Assembly: GCA_030704615.1 (NCBI GenBank) | Contig: CM060732.1 | Location: forward strand, 51,026,001 to 51,090,000 | Length of the DNA: 64,000 nucleotides | Source of the DNA: Takakia lepidozioides | Taxonomy: Eukaryota > Plantae > Bryophyta | Reading direction: 5' to 3' | In this document: positions 58,561 through 64,000 of the stretch, one piece after another | Layout of the letters: the number at the start of each line of letters is the position of its first letter | How positions within the stretch are numbered: the stretch's first letter is position 1 | Program-made: the position numbers and the translations under genes | The notes under the pieces: generated by a model | What the model saw: the letters and a program-made list of their open reading frames with translations, nothing else | Databases searched by the model: none | Told to the model about the DNA's origin: nothing

Positions 58561-61500
58561 CTAAAGCTTCCAGTAAATGCCCCACCGGTGCATTAGACCC
58601 GTCAAGACTCCCCAGAACAGAATCTCAGCAAACAACACATACAGGAGATCACCCACTCTCTGTGATTTCCAGACGTTGACAAAAACATGCTTCAGTATCC
58701 AAGCCGTCTGCACCACACCACGCAGTTAATATATTGTCAGCATCAACTCACTTGCGTCAAAACACTGGTGGTTGAAAATTTTCATATGAGAAGCATGGTG
58801 GAGTGAAAGGAGAAGTGTGGTGTGCAAACCAACATTAAGCATGGCCCCTCGCAGGCACTTGTATGTTCAGATCCTACATGTCCACTAAGTTCTGGCATTA
58901 TTGGTACTTGATTTTATACTATTGTTGGGAGGTGTTTCCATAAATAGGCTGCTGCAGCAACCCTTGATTTCATTACTGGATTTTTTCTTGGAAGACAGGC
59001 ATTGGGCATGCTACTGTGATACTTTGATCAACTTTTTTATTTCGTGCACATAGGCTTTGCATGTAGGCACCAACAACCTCCAGCAATGCTTCTGTTGGAA
59101 GAGAAGGTAAAATCTGGGAGATTGGGGAATGATGTGTCCAACTTACCAAGTTATTTTCAGGTCTGTGCCAGTACCAACCATTGAAAAAGGCAGCGAAAAT
59201 TCCTTGTGCGGCCATGGTAAACACAAACATTGCATTCAAGCCCATCCACTGCAGCAGCTTAGTTGGATATATTATGCCATATACATCCACCTGTGACATG
59301 CATGTGTTGTCAAATGCTGTCTGATAGGCCCGGAATAACAACCCACAAACAACCCAACTCTTGAAGGAACCTTCCTTGCTATGAAAACGTGAAGAGCTAT
59401 ATAGAAAGGGATGAGGACTCTACCAAGATGTACAGAGCACAAAACACAAGGCCTGCCCCTCCACCTGTGAACAAGACATAGCTGAAGCTGAAGAGCTGCT
59501 TGTTCATGGGCATTGCTGCATCAAAATATCATCTCATCTGGCATTAGTTCAAACCCAGGCCCAGTAAGATGTCAATATTTAGACTCTGAGGAGCCAACTA
59601 CCCTCCATTGCACCTCTTGCATTACTTGCATTACTTGAACTTCGTGGGCTAAGAAGCCCATGTAGGTTACAATGGAAAGTGAAGGGCCAAAAGAAAATAG
59701 AAATCTGATTGATTGGCAGTTCAACAGTTGTAAGTGGATCTCTGCACTATTCCACCTTGCATGCCTTGAAGTTCCAACTTGGTCAAGTCAAAGTTACAGC
59801 ACCCTGCCAAGCATGATTGTGTCCTGACCTAAGAAAACATCAAATCTGCCGCTGGCGCTGGGTCATTCCTCACAGAACTCATGAATTCCTGTGAAAATCC
59901 TCAGTGCTGGTGTTTCAAATGATTAGCAGGCATCCTTAGTCAGACTGCACCTCTGAGCTAAGGGACAGCAGGATGCATACCATTAGTGAGGTGCAAAATG
60001 GTGCCAATTGTGAGTAGCACCAGACCTGGGGCAGCCCAGTGCATGAGCCTATCGCTATGTTTCTGCAAAGCTCATGTCACAAGTTTTCAGCCTTCAAGGG
60101 ACACACCTATCACAACAAATGTCTAGAAGGAATCTGTCGGCCTATTCTCTTTCAGAATAAGGAAAACGGAGCTGTCACCAGCTTTTAGTGTAACCTACAG
60201 CACGGGCAAACACAGAGAAAAGAAGGAGAGAGCTATGAGAAAGGGGAGAGAGGTAGATTGAAGGTGTTGCTGAGAAGGAAATGAAACGAAATGAAGTGGA
60301 ACTTTCAAGGAAGAAAGAAACATTAAGGCATCCGCAGGAGTAAAAAGGGCAAGCGGAAGGGCTCTAGAATTCTGAAGAGAGGAGTACCTTAAAGTGGACA
60401 AGCACATGACCATAGTGAATGCCAATAAAGCAGCTAACAATGGCTGAGAAGGAGCTGAAATTGCAAAGTGTACCCAACACCCAGAGTTCATACAGTTAGA
60501 TTCACATTTGACTTTGCACTGCTGTATCTAAATGACGAAAGGAGAGGTGACAACTTACCCTAATGACCGATTCACAACTTGTTATGTGGAGAACACCGCA
60601 CAACAAAATTCATGTAGGACAGCGGATAAATCCACTAGGGTTGTCTGTCTTGCGGATAGAGCTTGCAAGCAATGACATTTATACAGCCAGGCATCTGATA
60701 TTGTGGGATTCACTGCCATGACTTGAGAACCTATTTGAAGATCCTTGCCTACACTGCTTTTCTGACCTGACTAACCCATTATCTCTTGAAAGCTTGGAAC
60801 AGGCAACATTTTCAAGTTGTACAAATTTAAAGCATTTCTTGTGTACTATCTATATATATCACCTATACCAGGGAACAGCCAGTACTAAGGAAAAATTGAA
60901 AAGAGGTGAATATGGCACCTCAGGAGGCCCTCTGGTTCGAAGGGTGCTTGGCACCAGGTCGGTGCATCTGCTGGAATCTGATCCGGATCCGGCTGTTGAG
61001 GTGAAACTAATGAACATGCCTGCACCTCCACATAAAAGTAAGACATCCTCCTCATACATATGGGGAGGGAAAGCGGCATATTGAAAGACATTAGCAGTAC
61101 ACAGTCAAGCTGTCTTGAAATCAAGGTCTTCAGTTCTCTTAACAGTGAATGAGTAAAGAGACAGCAGACATACCTCCGAGCGTGTATATTCTGGCAGCGT
61201 ATAGAGATGTTTGAGGCCTTGTATCTGACGGTCCACATAACCAACAGCATTGCAGGGCACCCCTATGTGTCCTCTCACACCACATTTCACCTGCCAGGAT
61301 GAAGCCCAACGATGCAAAAAGAAACTGAGCTACGAGAAAGTGCCTGTGCTGAAGAAAGCAACAAACTTTACTTAGTCTACAGGAGGCCAAAGATATCTCC
61401 AAAGTAGCCACTAGGGGCTATGCCAAGTCTTATGAGGAACCTACCCATTTATACATTGTGTATTGATTCATGGTAAGTTCAGCTGAAGATGGAATTCAGG

Positions 61501-63667
61501 AATTCAAGGCGAAATTCAGGGTAGTATATAATCTCCACCGACTATGAGACACAACTGTTCCTAATAATCCGGCTTGCAACGAGAACGCTTGTAATCGAGC
61601 CCGACTTAGCACGAAAAACAGATAATGGGATTTGTGCAATTTGTGTGAGCATGAAGACGGAGGAAGAAGGCTTGGGTTGGAGCACTTACATACAGCACAT
61701 CGCCAGCATCAGTTCTAAAGTGCCAGTCGGGCACGTATAATCCATACGCCAAGCTCAAGTAGATAATAACGATGACAAAAGCTGTCAACCTGCCACGACA
61801 AGAGCCATTAATGCACATGGAAAGAGAAACTTGTCTAGAGCTTTGGGAGCAGAGAGAAAACTAACCTTGCCTTTGGCAAATTATTTCAGCCCCACTGTTA
61901 TCTCTTACAATTCACCACCATTCAGTTGCAATTCACCACCATTCAGATCGACTCAACCAGAACATCAGGCCCATGGAACAACTTTCAGTTTGTGCCACTC
62001 AGCTTCCTTCTTGATCTTGCGGAAACTCTCACCTAAACTCCGAGAAGCCATCGGTCTCCCCCGTCTATTTTTGATCGACGGTCCTATGTATCCAGGACTT
62101 CCACGATTATACACTCATTCTTAGTGCAGATTCCCTACGTTCTTGAGCTCAACATGTCGAGGGTATACTTTCTACACCAGTCTAGCTGCCTCTCATGACG
62201 CTGAAGAACTGGGTGACGAACATTTTGCGTGGAAGACACTTACCAGTGCCACTTGTAGACCTTGTATATACCAAAATATCGATCTGGAAGCTCGGCTACA
62301 GCACGGGAATTGTAAGTAGTGAAAATCTCCACCATAGACACCACCAGGTACGCTAAAGCAATCCTCTGCAGCCATTGCATTTAAGAAAACTTTGTCAGAT
62401 CCCTTGCCGAGAGTTGTTCTCCTGAGCATATATACAAATCGTTGTACATGCAAGGCCACGGTTAACCGAACACTGTTGCAGTACCGCAGTGAACGTATAG
62501 TGGAATATCTCGTGAAGTCTTCATCTCGTCTGTATCCCGCTATCCCCGGGGATGAGATTCGACCGCCCCTTGTGAGACAGCGTTTGTACGATGTATGGAG
62601 TTGGTTACGATGGCGTCCTGGAATTTCTCCCGGATTCGTCTTAACATCTAGAATGATTCCAAGGGAGTATTCATTCTACGAAAGGGCCGCAGCTGTTCTA
62701 GGGTCAGCAGAGCGAGACAGCTCTGTTTCATAGTATACAGCTGATTTGACCAACAAGCCTGCTCCGGACAACTACAAAAAACAGTACCTGGAGGATGCCA
62801 CACCATCGGATTCTGTCCATGTCCACACCATAGTCCAGAGGAAAAGGCGCATGAGAATAGCCTCCTGCATAATTTTTCAGCCCACACCCAGACCACACCC
62901 TTTCAGCATTCAAAGAACACGAAACAGGGGCCCTTAGTCTGCTGCCTTGCTCTTTGAAATTTATTTGCAGGATTTGCGCACATAGACAAGCTGACCTTGA
63001 AGAATGATGCCCCAGAATATCAGCTGTAGAGTCCGCAGAATGACTTTCTTCACTGCTGCTGCCTTTTTCTTAATTCTCTGCAGTAACCATATTACAAAGA
63101 GCCCACGTTTGTTGATTGATCGGGAACCACTTATTTTTCCAGATAATTTTCACGTGACAACTTTTCTGAAGAACAGCCTAGAAGATGATCCAAGTACCGG
63201 AGGTGTCCCCAGACGTGTATATTCACCGCTAACACGAAGTACTAGCCTGTCCACAAGCAATCAATTGGTAGAGAGGCACTCAATCCGCAACTCATGCAGG
63301 TGTACATGATCAGCACTTGCAGAGGAGTAAATTCATATAACTTCCTGTGAAAGAACTCATGATCCGGACGCTGCCTGAGGGTCATTCAATGCAATTGACA
63401 GTACTGAGACACAAAATTTAGGACCTCCGCCAGCAGAGTTATTTTTCAACTACTCTTAAACTTAGTGAGACATGTACGCAAACGTGGGCCCAGCGAGTGT
63501 GTAGTTAGATTTATGGCTCGGGACACACCTTGAGTGCAAGAGCGATGGCAACACCGACAATAAAGAGGAAGAAGGGCATGACCAAGTCCGCCAGCCTGAT
63601 GCCATTCCAGGGTGAGTGGTTTATCTTTCCCCAATCACCTCCCGCATCATCCACCAGTACCATCACC
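58561..63667 (-). CDS. HGSNAT: Heparan-alpha-glucosaminide N-acetyltransferase-like membrane protein; 5' exon outside window
   Basis: Exons approx (minus): 63667-63530, 63079-62997, 62866-62788, 62366-62244, 61789-61690, 61290-61174, 61020-60920, 60454-60388, 60063-59981, 59515-59424, 59290-59147, 58707-58561. Motifs VDDAGG, LADLVMPFFLFIVG, GILQRIA, PCNAVGYVDR, PFEPEGLLS, NKQL, GIYWKL*. Confidence 0.92.
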
Positions 63668-64000
63668 TGCCAAAACCAGGCCACCCTTGAGCGACGTTCA
63701 ATTACTCTACTACACACGTATACTTATCCTTCTTTTGTATGAATTCAAGGAAGTTCGAAGAATTAGTGAATGACCTTCGTCGCATGACTTAATTGCTATC
63801 CATCCATGCACCCACCTGCGAGCTCTAGTTTGCTGCATGCGGACTAATCTCTTACCGTAGCACTTCAGAGGTTTGACACACTTTTTGGTACAGTCTGTTA
63901 GAGATGTGACGGTTCGCATAACAGTCATGCTGTAAAAGCTCATGGCATCTGTCCGTATTAGATATCGACTGCGAAATTAGCAATGACGCGGATAGTTCTG

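Noticed and set aside
62392-62733. Antisense ORF within an HGSNAT intron
   Set aside because: It has no ATG start and no recognisable motif.

Overview
Eukaryotic nuclear DNA from a land plant, most likely non-seed (bryophyte, lycophyte or fern; inferred from the PLS-PPR style and gene set). It has GT-AG spliced genes separated by layered transposon debris. Genes I can support: the 3' end of an R/D/K-rich protein (1-585); a small conserved membrane protein (5509-6189); an 11-exon FOLT1-type folate carrier (minus, 7366-11984); an ABA/WDS (ASR)-like protein with (GYGRE)n repeats (minus, 18147-19708); a FAH-family hydrolase (minus, 43883-47309); a complete PLS-E-DYW PPR editing factor (minus, 48639-50852); an intronless OFUT13-like O-fucosyltransferase (56024-57346); and most of an HGSNAT-like gene (minus, from 58561, 5' end off-window). 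The 20-43 kb interval is a DNA-transposon nest. It holds three hAT MITEs with intact TIRs and 8-bp TSDs (two stacked at one site), a Tc1/mariner MITE and several piggyBac-type TTAA termini. The most striking structure is a piggyBac element whose transposase ORF is split at codon 3 by a 6.4-kb Pack-CACTA (33080-39477). That CACTA carries PPR-repeat and OSB-type PDF-motif fragments related to the neighbouring PPR-DYW locus, and a decayed caspase-fold (His-Cys dyad) gene of fungal-like appearance follows the transposase. Family assignments come from motif recognition and recall, not database searches.
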